The translations under genes were made by a program, and so were the position numbers. A stretch of DNA of 36,144 nucleotides, from assembly GCA_002269645.1 (NCBI GenBank), contig NIVC01003335.1:1-36144 (forward strand). Direction: 5' to 3'. Origin of the DNA: Macrostomum lignano (lineage: Eukaryota). Shown here in pieces: positions 1-12,078 of this stretch; the first letter of the stretch is position 1, and each line of letters begins with the position of its first letter. The notes under the pieces were generated by a model. That model made no database searches. It saw only the letters and a list, made by a program, of their open reading frames with translations, and was not told the DNA's origin.

Positions 1-390
1 AGCAACTAGACAGCTTAGCAACTAGACAGCCTAACAACTTGCCTGCTTAGCAACTAGACAGCCTAGCAACTCACCTGCTTAGCAACTAGACAGCTTAGCA
101 ACTAGACAGCTTAGCAACTAGACAGCCTAGCAACTTGCCTGCTTAGCAACTAGACAGCCTAGCAACTCACCTGCTTAGCAACTAGACAGCTTAGCAACTA
201 GACAGCCTAGCAACTAGACAGCCTAGCAACTCGCCTGCTTAGCAACTAGACAGCTTAGCAACTAGACAGCCTAGCAACTAGACAGCCTAGCAACTAGACA
301 GCCTAGCAACTAGACAGCCTAGCAACTAGACAGCCTAGCAACTAGACAGCCTAGCAACTCGCCTGCTTAGCAACTAGACAGCCTAGCAAC
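1..390. repeat. 16-bp minisatellite (AGCAACTAGACAGC(C/T)T with AGCAACT(C/T)(G/A)CCTGCTT variant units), truncated by the window start
   Basis: Directly visible tandem units with two interleaved unit types. Confidence 0.95.
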
Positions 391-767
391 ATAAATAACG
401 TGAAAGTTCAAACAAAAAGTCTGGAGTTCGGCAGATCAGTGGTTGGTACTTGCACAGAGGCGGAGCAATTCAAGTCTATTGCGAGCATCTAAAATGTGTT
501 CGATTTTGTTATAAATTGTACAGTGCCAGTTTCAAACTCAGAGCAGGTAGGTTGAATGGAATTTCAGTCAGAGCTGGTGGCTCAGGTGAGTTTTACGAGG
601 TCGTATTGCCTGATTAGGGTGCATCAAATGAGCCACTTTAAAAATGAAAAAAAAACTGAATTATTGCCTGCCTTTTTTACTGACGAAATTGCTGAGAATT
701 AAGGGAAATGCGACAAAGCAACGAACCCTGAGGCTCAACGATGGTTTGAGATTCTCGGGAGCTCCTT

Positions 768-935
768 GGGAATTCTTTTCTTGGAAAAAATGGGGAATTC
801 CCTCACTAGAGTATTTTCGGATCTTCCCCTCTAGGAATCTGTTTGGGAATTCCCTCACTGGGAGGACTAATTGGGAATTCCCTCCCTCGGGGGGTTAATT
901 GGGAATTTCTTCCCTGGAGATCTCATCGGGAGCTG
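768..935. repeat. Degenerate ~27-bp tandem repeat with palindromic GGGAATTCCC core
   Basis: Cores near 770, 793, 846, 873 and 901; three are perfect GGGAATTCCC. Confidence 0.7.
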
Positions 936-1053
936 CCTCTTTTCGAAAATTTCTTCAAAAATTTTACAATAACTACCTCAGGATGGAGACTGCAATTTCA
1001 GAAACCAAAGAGAACTAATTTTTTACTCAAATGAGTCAGTCAAGATTTCGGCA

Positions 1054-4000
1054 TCAAAGCTCGTCAGTCGAACGGCACCGCCTCATCGTCGGTCGGACGC
1101 TGCTCAGTGGCCAAGCGCGGCTGCGGGCGCAGCAGAGGCGGCTGCGGAGTGCCGCAGAGGCTGCGACTCCCCGTCCCAGCTGTGTCGCACTGGTGGCTGG
1201 CAGAGACGGCGTGGCAACGAACACCGGGCAGAACTGGTGCGGCTGCTGGTGATGCTGGTGATGCTGGTGATGAAGCTGCGCAGCGGAGGCCGGCGGCTGC
1301 AGCGAGCAGCTCCAGCACCAGTCGTTGCGGATGACATCCGGCGGCATCTGCGCCGGCAGCGGCGGCGGCGGCGGCGGAATCTCCATGGTCAGCGGGCCGG
1401 AGCACTGCTGCAGCATGGCGTCCAGGCTGACCCCGTGGCGCTTCTCAACGGGTGCCGCAGCTGCTGCTGCTGCTGCTGAAAGCCGGCGGCGGCGGCTGCC
1501 CGCGCCAAACGGCCTCTCCGGTGCCGCTGACGGCAGCGCAGCGCGGCGGCGACTCCGCAGGCGGCCACCAGGGCGACGGCGGCGACGGCGGCTCCGGCCA
1601 GGGCGCCGAACAGCAGGTCCGACGGCGGGGCTCCCGGCACCGACGGCGGCGGCTGCTGGCGACCTCCGCGACCGCCTTCGCCGCCGACGCTGCGGCCGTC
1701 CCTGACGCTGAGCTGCGGCGTCTCGAACACGCTGACGTTGCGGTCCCAGACCACCAGGGACACTCGGTAGTCGGCCGCGCCGCCCGCCTTGTCCAACTCC
1801 GCGGAGCCGCGCCGCACGGCCTCGGCAGGCAGCGGCAGGTGTCGGCAGCCGCCGCCGCTGACAACTCCAGCTGGGCACAGCCGCGCCGTCACCCGCGTGA
1901 AGGACTCGGCCGGCACCGGGGGCTCGAACTCGAGACGACAGCAGCCGGACAGCCGCAGGGAGGCCGCAGCGATGGCCGGCAGCGGCTTTGTGGCAAAGCT
2001 CAGCTCCGGCGATGTCCAAGGGCTCGGACCGAACCGCCTGACGGCTACCGCCCGAACCCGGACAGCGTACGAGGTCGCGGGTTCGAGTCCGGACAGGTCC
2101 GCCTCGACCGTCCGGCCCTCACCCCGGTCGGCCAGGCCGGACAGCTGCAGGCCGGCCGCCGGCCAGTCGGGGTGGTTGGCGCGGCGCCACTGCAGCTGAA
2201 AAGTCTGCGGCTGACCGCCGCTGTGGCCGGACTGCCAGGCCACCCTGGCCGAGACGGCGGTAGCCGGGGCAGCCAGTCGGAGACGGCGCGGCGGCCGAGG
2301 CGGTCCGGGCGGCGCCAGGAGAACGCGGAAGCGGCGCCGGCCGAGCGAGTTGGCCAGCAGGCAGTCGTAGAGGCCGAAGTCGCTTCGTCGCACCGAGTCG
2401 ATGGCGAGGCCGAACTCGCCATGGCTCGGTCTGGCGAAGCTGCGACCTCGCGGCATCGGCTGCTGCGGCGACTCGCCGTTGTCGCTGAGGCGCCGCCATT
2501 CGAGCGCCTTGGCCGGCGGATTCGCCTCGGCCCGAACCAGCAGCCTGGCCGGCTCGCCGACGTCGGAGGAGGTCAGGCCGACCTCAGCATCGCCATCGTC
2601 AATGTCATCGAATAGCCTCAGGGGTCTCGGTGGGTGCAGCAGCGACAATGTGGCGGTGCCAACGCCCTGCGGCAGGTCGTCGCGCGTCCGGACGGCGCAG
2701 GTGTACAGCCCTGCGTCCCGCCAGTCGGTCTTGGCGATGCGCAGCACCCGCGCCCCGCTGTCCAGCCGACGCTCTGACGCCCCCGACGGCGCCGCTGGCT
2801 GGTGTCGCCACTCAACGGTTGCCGTCGAATCAGCGAGCGGCCAGCCTCCCTCGGCGTCGCAGACGATCGCCACTGAGCCGCCCTCGACCGCTGCGGCCGG
2901 CTGGACACTGACGGAGACGCTCGGCGGGTGCTGAATGCGCACCGTCAGCTGAGCAGCCACGGTGGCGCCGGGCCGCAGTGCCAGGTGCGCGGCCGAGCAC
3001 TCATAGACGTCGCCGTGGGCATCCAGGCCGGTGTCCGGCACCGTCAGCTCGCTGATCAGCCGGCTTCCGGGGAACTCGCCGTCCGCCGACTGCGCCAGCC
3101 GGCTGGTCGCCAGCGCCGTCAGGTTGGTCGTCGACGACGAAGCCGCGGCTGGCCAGTCGCCAGTCGGCGGTCGCCGGGGCGCCGGCGCCACCAGCTGACG
3201 CGGGCTGGCGGCTCGGATTCGGCGACGCGGCAGACGAGCCGCAGGCGGCCTCCCGGCGCAACGCTGACATCCGACGAGGCAGGTCCGTCGGCGACCTCCA
3301 TCGTCACTCCTGACGGAGGGAAAGCGACTCGAAGTCGGCGCCGGCGCTCGGCGAGGACTTGACCGGAGAAGGTGAGGCTGCAGCGCAGGTCGGCGCCGCT
3401 CAGCCAACGGTTGGCGCGCAGGACCAGCCGGCTGCGAGCTCGGAGTCCCGACGGGCCGTCCGGCACCTGGTCGCCGGTCACCGTGGCGGCGGCCTCAGCG
3501 TCGGGCAGGTGGCGCACCCGGCCCGATGGTTCCACCAGAGACCAGCTCAGGCGGCTCACCGGGTTGCTGGGCGCGGCGGCCTCGCAGTCGAACAGCCAGT
3601 CGGAGCCCTCCTCGACCGCCTCCTCGGCCGGCCCGACGCTCTCCAGTGACAGGCCGACACCGCCGATGCCGCTGCCGCCATCCGGCGGGAAGTTGACGCC
3701 GATTGACTGGCGACGGCTGCAGACGCTGCCGGCGCAGCAGAAAAACTCGGCACCATTGTCGGCCGCCTGCAGCGTCACCGGCGGCTGAACCTCCTCTCCG
3801 TCCGCCTCGCCTTCGGCCGCTTCCGGAGTCCCTGGCCGTCGACGGTAGTACCTGGCGACCTGGTTGGCGGGGTAGCCGCCCTCCACCAGGCAGTCCAGCG
3901 GCAATCGGGCACCCGCCTGCTGCGGGTCCGCCGCCCCGACCACCAGACGGACGGCGGACGGCGGGTGGGCGACGGCCAGCCGGGCGAGCCGCTGGTCCTC

Positions 4001-4729
4001 GCCGCCGGCCGGGTTGCGCGCCCGGCAGACGAATTCGCCCTTGTCCGACCGGCCGGCGTGCCGCAGCAGCAGCCGTGAAGCCGTGGCGTTGACGGAGTCG
4101 ACGACGAACTGCCGGCCGCTTGGCAGATCGACCTTCTGCCCGGTGGCCGCGTCGACGCGCAGCCAGTCGAATTGGAGCCGGCCGGCCAGCGGGTCGGCGT
4201 CGGCGACGCAGACGGCCTCAACCGGCCGGGACTCGGGCACCGCGCCGCCGGAGGTGTTGAAAGCGACGCCGAGGATTCGCGGTCGCTGGAACACCCGCAG
4301 CGCCTGCGGCCGGCTGGAGGCGCCGAGGTGCCGGCACTGCCAGTCGCCGCTGAAGTCAGTGTCCACGTTGTTGATGTTGTAGGCGTAGGTGACGGTGCCG
4401 TTCCGGCGGTCCACCACTGCGCAAGCGACCTGTCGGAGGCGCGGCTCCTCGGCGCAGACGGCGGGATCGGCGCACACGCGGTTGCAGTTCTCCAAGCAGT
4501 TGTCCACCAGGCTGGCGATCGGACAGCGGAGTCGGACGGCCAGGCTCGGCCGGTGTCCGGACACGGTGCACTCAATCCGGACAGTGTCGCCCACCCGAAG
4601 CCGGCCGGTGGGATGCAGCACCCTGGCCGAGACGCTGACTGGCTGGCCGAGACAATTGTGATGGGCAAAGAGGGCTGAAAGCAGCAGTGCCGGAAAGCAG
4701 ACAAGTTGCAGACAAGTTCTGTGCGGCAT
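1054..4729 (-). CDS. Intronless Ig-superfamily type I membrane protein, nephrin/echinoid-like (SP, 7 Ig, FN3, degenerate FN3, TM, Pro/His/Gln-rich tail), about 1200 aa if frameshifts near 3130-3190 and 1450 are corrected; exact C-terminus uncertain
   Basis: AAAATG at 4729 followed by a hydrophobic signal peptide. ORF 3119-4729 has Ig motifs (DFSGDWQC, DKGEFVC, NGAEFFC, GADLRC). ORF 1389-3407 continues with GDVYEC, DAGLYTC, DFGLYDC, an FN3 (W...L.P.T.Y.VRV.A) and TM LLFGALAGAAVAAVALVAACGVAAAL. The frame of ORF 1054-2019 gives a natural tail (EIPPPPPPLP, HHQHHQHHQQ). No usable GT-AG intron fixes the frame. Could be a young pseudogene instead of an assembly error. Confidence 0.85.
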
Positions 4730-5442
4730 TTTGCTTCTAGTTGAGGCCTTCTTTCACTGCCCAGATGCCGCCGCAGTCTCTGGTTGCTGTGCAGCAACTG
4801 CTTGGTCTTAATACGGCTGGCCCTGTGACCCACTGACCCCCATCTGCCCCCCGTCTGAGAGCTGGCCAGCCAACCAGAGCCGCTCTCTGCGATTCTCTAC
4901 GTGCGCAGCCAGGGACGCCTAATATTAGACATCTGGACTGGAAACCGGGGCGGTTTTTGCAGCGTTCGCAATTACGCGCCAGATCAACTGTCCAATTAGC
5001 ACACCGTGCTCACGAAAAGCAGACAAATTAGCTTGTAAAGAAAGCATTGAGCCCAGCGCGGAGCCAGCATTCTGTGTCCACTTGGACACTTATAGATATT
5101 ATGCCAATAACAATTGAGTCCCTAGGCTGATTACGTAATACAGACTCAGTTTATATTTGACCAGTTCTCAATAGTAGGTTGTGCGAGAGTCAGCCTCGCT
5201 CCAATGCGCCCGGGCCTCTGCGCTATTCATAACTATTGTTTAGTTTACTTCAAGATGCGACGGGGCAGTTGCAAGAGAAGGAAGGCCTCTTTGCACGTCA
5301 GAAAATTCTGCAATTTGTTCCAAAACTAATTTGCAGTTTGGCTGCTTGTGCCTCGATTCACACCCACGATGAAGCTTGCCAACCCCAAGGCACCGAGTGA
5401 GAAAGTTGAGGCCGCGCTGTGCACCCTGTGAGAGTGTCAGGG

Positions 5443-5813
5443 GTGTGTCAGGAGTGCCACTGTTGTGTGTCAGGAGTGCCATTGTTGTGTGTCAGGAGTG
5501 CCACTGTTGTGTGTCAGGAGTGCCACTGTTGTGTGTCAGGAGTGCCACTGTTGTGTGTCAGGAGTGCCACTGTTGTGTGTCAGGAGTGCCACTGTTGTGT
5601 GTCAGGAGTGCCACTGTTGTGTGTCAGGAGTGCCACTGTTGTGTGTCAGGAGTGCCACTGTTGTGTGTCAGGAGTGCCACTGTTGTGTGTCAGGAGTGCC
5701 ACTGTTGTGTGTCAGGAGTGCCACTGTTGTGTGTCAGGAGTGCCACTGTTGTGTGTCAGGAGTGCCACTGTTGTGTGTCAGGAGTGCCACTGTTGTGTGT
5801 CAGGGATGCCACT
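5443..5813. repeat. 22-bp minisatellite GTGTCAGGAGTGCCACTGTTGT, about 17 near-identical copies
   Basis: Direct inspection; explains the repetitive ORFs at 5376-5914. Confidence 0.97.
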
Positions 5814-5858
5814 GCCAAGGTTGGGACAAAAACAGAAACTATGATTTCAAAAAGTTTC

Positions 5859-6837
5859 CCCAAGATCCTACTGACAATCCCATGATCCCACTGACAATCC
5901 CAAGATCCCACTGACAATCCAAGATCCCATAGACAATTCCACTGACAATTCCGAGATCCCACTGACAATCCCAAGATCCCACTGACAATCCCAATATCTC
6001 ACTGACAATCCCAAGATCCCACTGAAAATCCCAAGATCCCACTGACAATCCCAATATCTCACTGACAATCCAAGATCCCACTGACAATCCCAAGACCCCA
6101 CTGACAATCCCAATATCTCACTGACAATCCCAATATCTCACTGACAATCCCAATATCCCACTGACAATCCCAATATCTCACTGACAATCCCAATATCTCA
6201 CTGACAATCCCAATATCTCACTGACAATCCCAATATCCCACTGACAATCCCAATATCTCACTGACAATCCCAAGATCCCACTGACAATCCAAGATCCCAT
6301 AGACAATTCCACTGACAATTCCGAGATCCCACTGACAATCCCAAGATCTCACTGACAATCCAAGATTCCACTGAAAATCCCAATATCCCACTGACAATCC
6401 CAAGATCCCACTGACAATCCCAATATCTCACTGACAATCCCAATATCTCACTGACAATCCCAAGATCCCACTGACAATCCCAATATCTCACTGACAATCC
6501 CAATATCTCACTGACAATCCCAATATCCCACTGACAATCCCAAGATCTCACTGACAATCCCAAGATTCCACTGACAATCCCAAGATCCCACTGACAATCC
6601 CAAGATCCCACTGACAATCCCAATATCTCACTGACAATCCCAATATCTCACTGACAATCCCAATATCCCACTGACAATCCCAAGATCTCACTGACAATCC
6701 CAAGATTCCACTGACAATCCCAAGATCCCACTGACAATCCCAAGATCCCACTGACAATCCCAATATCTCACTGACAATCCCAATATCTCACTGACAATCC
6801 CAATATCCCACTGACAATCCCAAGACCCCACTGACCC
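5859..6837. repeat. 20-bp minisatellite C(C/T)CACTGACAATCCCAA(G/T)AT
   Basis: Direct inspection; about 1 kb array. Confidence 0.97.
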
Positions 6838-7377
6838 AGTCAGCTTGTAAAGCATCTGGCAAGCTGCATCAACCTCAGAATGCAGAGCTTTTTGTTCCGC
6901 GGTTGCCACACGGCGCAGCAAGCAGCAGTGTAAGTCTAGCCACAGATATTGCAGGCCCTGATTACGCAATCCATCACCGAGCCTTGTTCGTCTGCAGCTG
7001 CTGAAAACCCCCTCCAACATCAAGGAAAGTCGAAACGCTGGTGGTTGGCGCAGAAGTCAGCGGCAGAGCGTACGAATCAGGTCGGGCCGCTTCCGTGATC
7101 TGATCCGCTTCAAATAGAGCTGGCGGCCCCCACTAGCCAAAAAGGAAACGGGGATGCTAAACTTAGTTTAGACAAAATTATTCAAATCCCATGTTGGACA
7201 GTCTGGACCTGAATCTGATTGGGGAAATTTTGCTTGGTAATTAGTGAATCTGCATTACGGCATATATCGGGTTGTATGAACTAATTCTTAGGTCAGTAAT
7301 GTCTGGCATGCAGTGCTTGCGATAATCTCTCTTGAATATCCGCTGCGCACTTTGGCTCGCTTGGTTAGGGTGGGTAG

Positions 7378-7692
7378 AGTGAGATTATCGGGATGGATTG
7401 AGTGAGATTATCAGGGTGGATAGAGTGAGATAATCAGGTTGGATAGAGTGAAATTATCAGGTTGAATAGAGAGAGATTATCAGGTTGGATAGAGTGAGAT
7501 TATCAGGGTGCCTAGATAGAATCAGATTAACAAAGTAGATAGAATGAGATTATCCGAGTAAATAGAGTGAGATTATCAGATTAGATAGAATGAGATTATC
7601 AGAGTAGATGAGTGAGATTATCAGGTTGGATAGAGTGAGACTATCAGGGTGGATAGAGTGAGACTATCAGGGTGGATAGAGTGAGACTATCG
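7378..7692. repeat. Degenerate 22-23-bp minisatellite GAGTGAGA(T/C)TATCAGG(G/T)TGGATA
   Basis: Direct inspection. Confidence 0.9.
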
Positions 7693-8022
7693 GGATCAGA
7701 TTCAAAGCGTGAACTGTTTAGTTGACCTTTCTGAGGGACTGAAAAATGTCATACATCAGAGAAATCATCTTCATTCTCCGGCCTCTGGCCCCGGGCAAGG
7801 AGGGGAAGGATGGAGCTGTGCAGCCAAACACAAGGATTGCCTGATTGCTCAGATGAGGACTGCAATTTAGTGGGCACTGTAATATGCTTTAATATGCTGT
7901 TGGCCTCTTACTGACAAAAATGTGGTTATTTTTTGTACAATCTTTTGTTGTTATTGTGACACACTGACCACTGATCGATGAGCGAAATGTATGCATACTC
8001 GCTGCTGTCACTATGACCGCAT

Positions 8023-8342
8023 ACCAACGGCGCCAGCACCAACGGCGCCAGCACCAGGGGCGCCAGCACCAGGGGCGCCAGCACCAGGGGCGCCAGCACC
8101 AGGGGCGCCAGCACCAGGGGCGCCAGCACCAGGGGCGCCAGCACCAGGGGCGCCAGCACCAACGGCGCCAGCACCAACGGCGCCAGCACCAACGGCGCCA
8201 GCACCAACGGCGCCAGCACCAACGGCGCCAGCACCAACGGCGCCAGCACCAACGGCGCCAGCACCAACGGCGCCAGCACCAACGGCGCCAGCACCAACGG
8301 CGCCAGCACCAACGGCGCCAGCACCAATGGCGCCAGCACCAT
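8023..8342. repeat. 15-bp minisatellite ACCA(AC/GG)GGCGCCAGC, about 21 copies, with the variant units in blocks
   Basis: Direct inspection; explains the PTAPA/GAGAV/LVLAP ORFs. Confidence 0.97.
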
Positions 8343-10483
8343 AACAGACAAAGCAGATAACATTCACGACTTCACAAGCTGAGCAAAGCATGTTCAAAGT
8401 GCAGAAACTTTATTCCCAGACGCCGCCACCCTTAAAAACCCGGGCATAATTTATATTTTTCTCCAGGGGGAGGCGGCGCTGGCATAGGCCGAATTCTTGG
8501 CTTCTTCAGCTCGGTACGCGCAGTTCCGCTGTGTAAAATCGAGTGAAGGCGCACAGCAGTTTTCCCCTGGCTTTTTAACCCACCAAGTGCCGCGGCCGGC
8601 CCACCCAAGCAGAAAGCTGCAGCAATCGGGGGGGGGGTGGGGGGGGGATTCCGCCCCTCAGATCCTCAACGCTCGTCGGGAACTGTCAGCGGCCCCGCTA
8701 AATTGGCCGAATCAGCGGCCGAGCCAAGCAGCGTCTTGAATCTCTCAAGCCACAGCGCCGTGACCGCGAGCCTGACTAAGCCAAGCAGAGGGCGGCCAAC
8801 GCGGATTTCAGTTATCATTTAATTTTACGACACTGTCTGTCTTAAACCCTGGGCATTGGAGGGCAGAGATAGTAGAGCCTGGGCCATAAAACACCTGGCA
8901 GGCGCGGATCTTCAGGTGCGATGCAAAACATTAATTTCTCTATCCGGAATACGGATATTATGAACAAATATTGCTGGCCTTACAATTCTGTCTGTGGGGG
9001 CGATGAGGGAATCCAGATTGCGTACTGCAATTCCAGAATCTGAGGATTGCGCCCGATGAAAACGGTACCCCAAGGCCAAGAAGCGTCTTAGAGTCACTTA
9101 CAGGTAGAACAGGTAAAATACGAAAGAATTGACTCTAAAATGGATCAGAATTTTATGAATCAGAATCGCATTTCGCATTTATAACTGGACTGTTGGACTT
9201 TTTCATGATTCTGCAATTCCTCCAGTGATCGTGACTCAACAGTCGCCTCTCCGTCGCATTGCTGTCGTTTGAGTCGTTAAAAAGTCACCAGAGTCGCTAG
9301 AGTCACTGGTGAGAGCAACTTTAGCGATTATTGTCACGGTAACGTTCTTGTAGAAGCGAATTCTGCTTCTTTCATCATCACCATTCAAGGCGGTCTTCAC
9401 AGACTCCACCTGGAAGCAACACTTCTCCCACCGCCTCAAGCATCAAGTCATTCGGATCATCAGAAATGGCCCGCTCTTCAGCTGAGATTCGTTTCAAATT
9501 CGTTTCTCGCTACTCAGTAGTAGGCGGTCCGTCTAAGCGAATGTAGAAGAAATAAAATGAAAACTGAGACGCCATACTCGGCAGCAGTTTGCATTGTACA
9601 GCTCGGCACTGCTCAGAGACCAGAATTATTATAACAATTCCATTTGAGACTTTTGCAGCAATTTTTCTTTTGTTTTTATAGATAGAGAGCGACACATGGA
9701 GCAAGGGCTTTGCTTGAAATAAACAGTAAGAAAACTCGGTTTTTATATAAATATGCAGACCACAAGATTACAAGGACATACGGTAGTATTAGCATAATGT
9801 GTCTGCGTTGGGCCTCAGAATAAAAACTGTTGATTGCTGCATAGCAAATGATTTTTTGCAGAATTATTGATAATAATTAAGATTATGTTTTTGAGTAGAA
9901 AACACTTATATAGACAGAGATAATAAATTACAGTAGCGCTTCACTTCTTAATACTACTTACAGTAGGGCAAACAGAGAGCGGGTTTTAATTTCCATAATA
10001 AAATTAATAATAGAAAGTACTAAATATCAACAGTACATGACCTCAGTGCTTCTTTATTAAAACACTGTGGGGATGATGCGGGCAGCACACAGACAGCAGT
10101 GGATCAACACAAAAGTACAGAACCGATTTTGTCTGTCGGTTCTTGCAAGTAATTGCAAAAGAATCGGACAACAGAGTCTGCAACAACTTGCGGCATTCGA
10201 GTTTAAGCCATTCGACAAGGATGCTGCGACTGTGATGCCGCATGGATCTGTACACCAGATAAGAGCATGAAAATGAGCTAAAATAAGATTAAGATCAACA
10301 CACAGAAGGGCCGGAGTTAATCTCAATTGGAGTGGCAGCAGTGCGAGAAAACAAAGCATGCGGGATTAGCAGATTATGCAATCAGTTCATAATACAGACC
10401 GGTGCGCGGCCTTTGACACGGCACACAAAGTAGTTTGGGCTTGCGGAAAACAGGATGGAGAATGCCAGGGCAGATGGAGAGGG

Positions 10484-10485
<2 letters not shown>

Positions 10486-10542
<57 letters not shown>

Positions 10543-10872
10543 GACGGAGACAGAGGGATAGGAGGGAGATAGGGAGATAGGGAGATGAGAGGGCGAGAGG
10601 GAGATGAGAGGGAAATGAGAGGGAGAGAGGGAGATGAGAGGGAGATAAGAGGGAGATAAGAGAGGGGAGAGAGAGAGATAAGAGAGGGCCAGAGGGATAG
10701 GGAGATGGAAAGAGGAAGATAAGAGGCGAGAGAGGGAGATAAGGGAGGGAGAGGGAGAGGTGAGAGGGAGAGAGGGAGATAAGGGAGGGAGAGGGAGAGA
10801 TGAGAGGGAAAGGAGGGAGAGAGGAGATGAGAGAGGGAGAGGGAGAGCATGAGATAACAGAGGAGAGGAAGT
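10486..10872. repeat. (GA)n microsatellite followed by a degenerate purine-rich tract
   Basis: Pure (GA)n at about 10487-10540, then GGGAGA(T/G)-type degenerate units. Confidence 0.95.
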
Positions 10873-11375
10873 GAGAAGTGCACACAGTAAAGCGAAGCAA
10901 GGTGCGGAGATGAGAGGCAGACGATGAGGCAGCCAGAATCTCGATGGAGATTTTAGCGAGCGCAACAGAGAGAGCAGCGGATGTGGCGAATCTCCAAGGC
11001 AAACCAAGCAGCTTCTGATAGATCTGCAATCTTTACAGGAGTCTGAACAGAGAGATGAAGACACGATGGTCACAGTTAAATTAGTGTTGATTAGCTACTA
11101 TGAGTAATATGCCAGCACACAGGGTAACAGTCAGACTCTCACTCTCCAGCTCTTGGAAAATCCGTACAGTATAAAACAGACTGACAGACAGCAAGTAAAA
11201 CAATGCAAAATTTGAATGGAGAGTCAGGGCTGGATATAGAATGTTAATATTTAATAACTACTCAACTATAACCGAAACTACTGGATCAGTATGATTATGA
11301 TTACTATTATGACAGGAGAAATTCGCTCATCCGATGCTGCCATTCGGACAGACGGGCGCCTCCGCCAGGCCGCTG

Positions 11376-12078
11376 TCAGTTCAAACCCCCCTCCTCCTCC
11401 TGCTGCCCTTCCTGACTGCCGCCGCCGCTGCTGCCGTTGGCCGTCAGCCGGCCGGCGTAGGTCTCCATCATCGACGGCAGGGCGGCGGGCGGCGGCGCCG
11501 TTGGTGCCGGCGGCTCCTCGGTGCGCAGCCGCTTCGCTGCGGGTGCCTCGGCGTCTTCCAAAGCGTCGCCCGGCGAAGACGTCGTAATTGTCGCTGTCGG
11601 TGCCGCCGTTGCCTCTACGGCGTTGTCGTCGTCCTCCTCCTGGTCGGAGTCGTCGTGATCGTCGGGATAGTCAACCAGGGGCCTCGGCGGCGCCGACCCA
11701 GCAGCTGCCGAGGTTGCCATCATCGCCTTCGGCGCCACCGGGGCAACGACGCCGGTGTCTTCGTCGTCCTCCTCGTCTTCGTCGTCGTCCTCCTGATGCT
11801 GCCGCTGTCGCTCGTCCGCGTCCACGCCAGTCCTGGAGGCGCCAGCGGCGGCCATCATGGCGGCGGCAGCCGACATTGAGGTCGGGACGAGCGGCGGCAG
11901 CTGCGGCTGCTGGTCATCCTCATCCTGCTCGAACCACTGCTCCTCGTCGGCGTCGAGGTCGCGCGGATCCCGGCGCATCCGGTAGCAGCTGGCCGACGGC
12001 GAGGACGACGACGGCGAGGACGACGACGGCGAAGAAAAATTGCACCTCTCAATAAACGTGCCCGTGTCCACGCCCTTC
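11376..12078 (-). CDS. PPP4R3: PP4R3 exon 5 (acidic low-complexity tail)
   Basis: Long (TTC)n pyrimidine tract then CCCCAAG|G, phase 2; stop TGA at 11376-11378. Confidence 0.9.

Noticed and set aside
644-1034. Short ORFs 644-898, 661-858 and 843-1034
   Set aside because: They overlap the GGGAATTCCC repeat and AT-rich flank and show no domain or splice support.
3140-3190. 43-nt GT...AG segment that might be a mini-intron fixing the Ig frameshift
   Set aside because: Removing it shifts into the third frame (stop at 3001) and deletes the Ig Trp, so it does not restore the protein.
1031-4833. Many overlapping Arg/Ala/Pro-rich ORFs on both strands
   Set aside because: Shadow ORFs of very GC-rich coding DNA; only the Ig/FN3 frames carry domain motifs.
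5376-8397. Repetitive ORFs (QECHCCVSGVPLL, WDCQWDLGI, PTAPA, GAGAV, LVLAP)
   Set aside because: They are translations of minisatellites, open in several frames and on both strands, with no unique flanking coding context.
10374-11073. Long Leu/Ser/Pro ORFs on the minus strand
   Set aside because: Mostly read through the (CT)n-rich tract; no recognisable domain.
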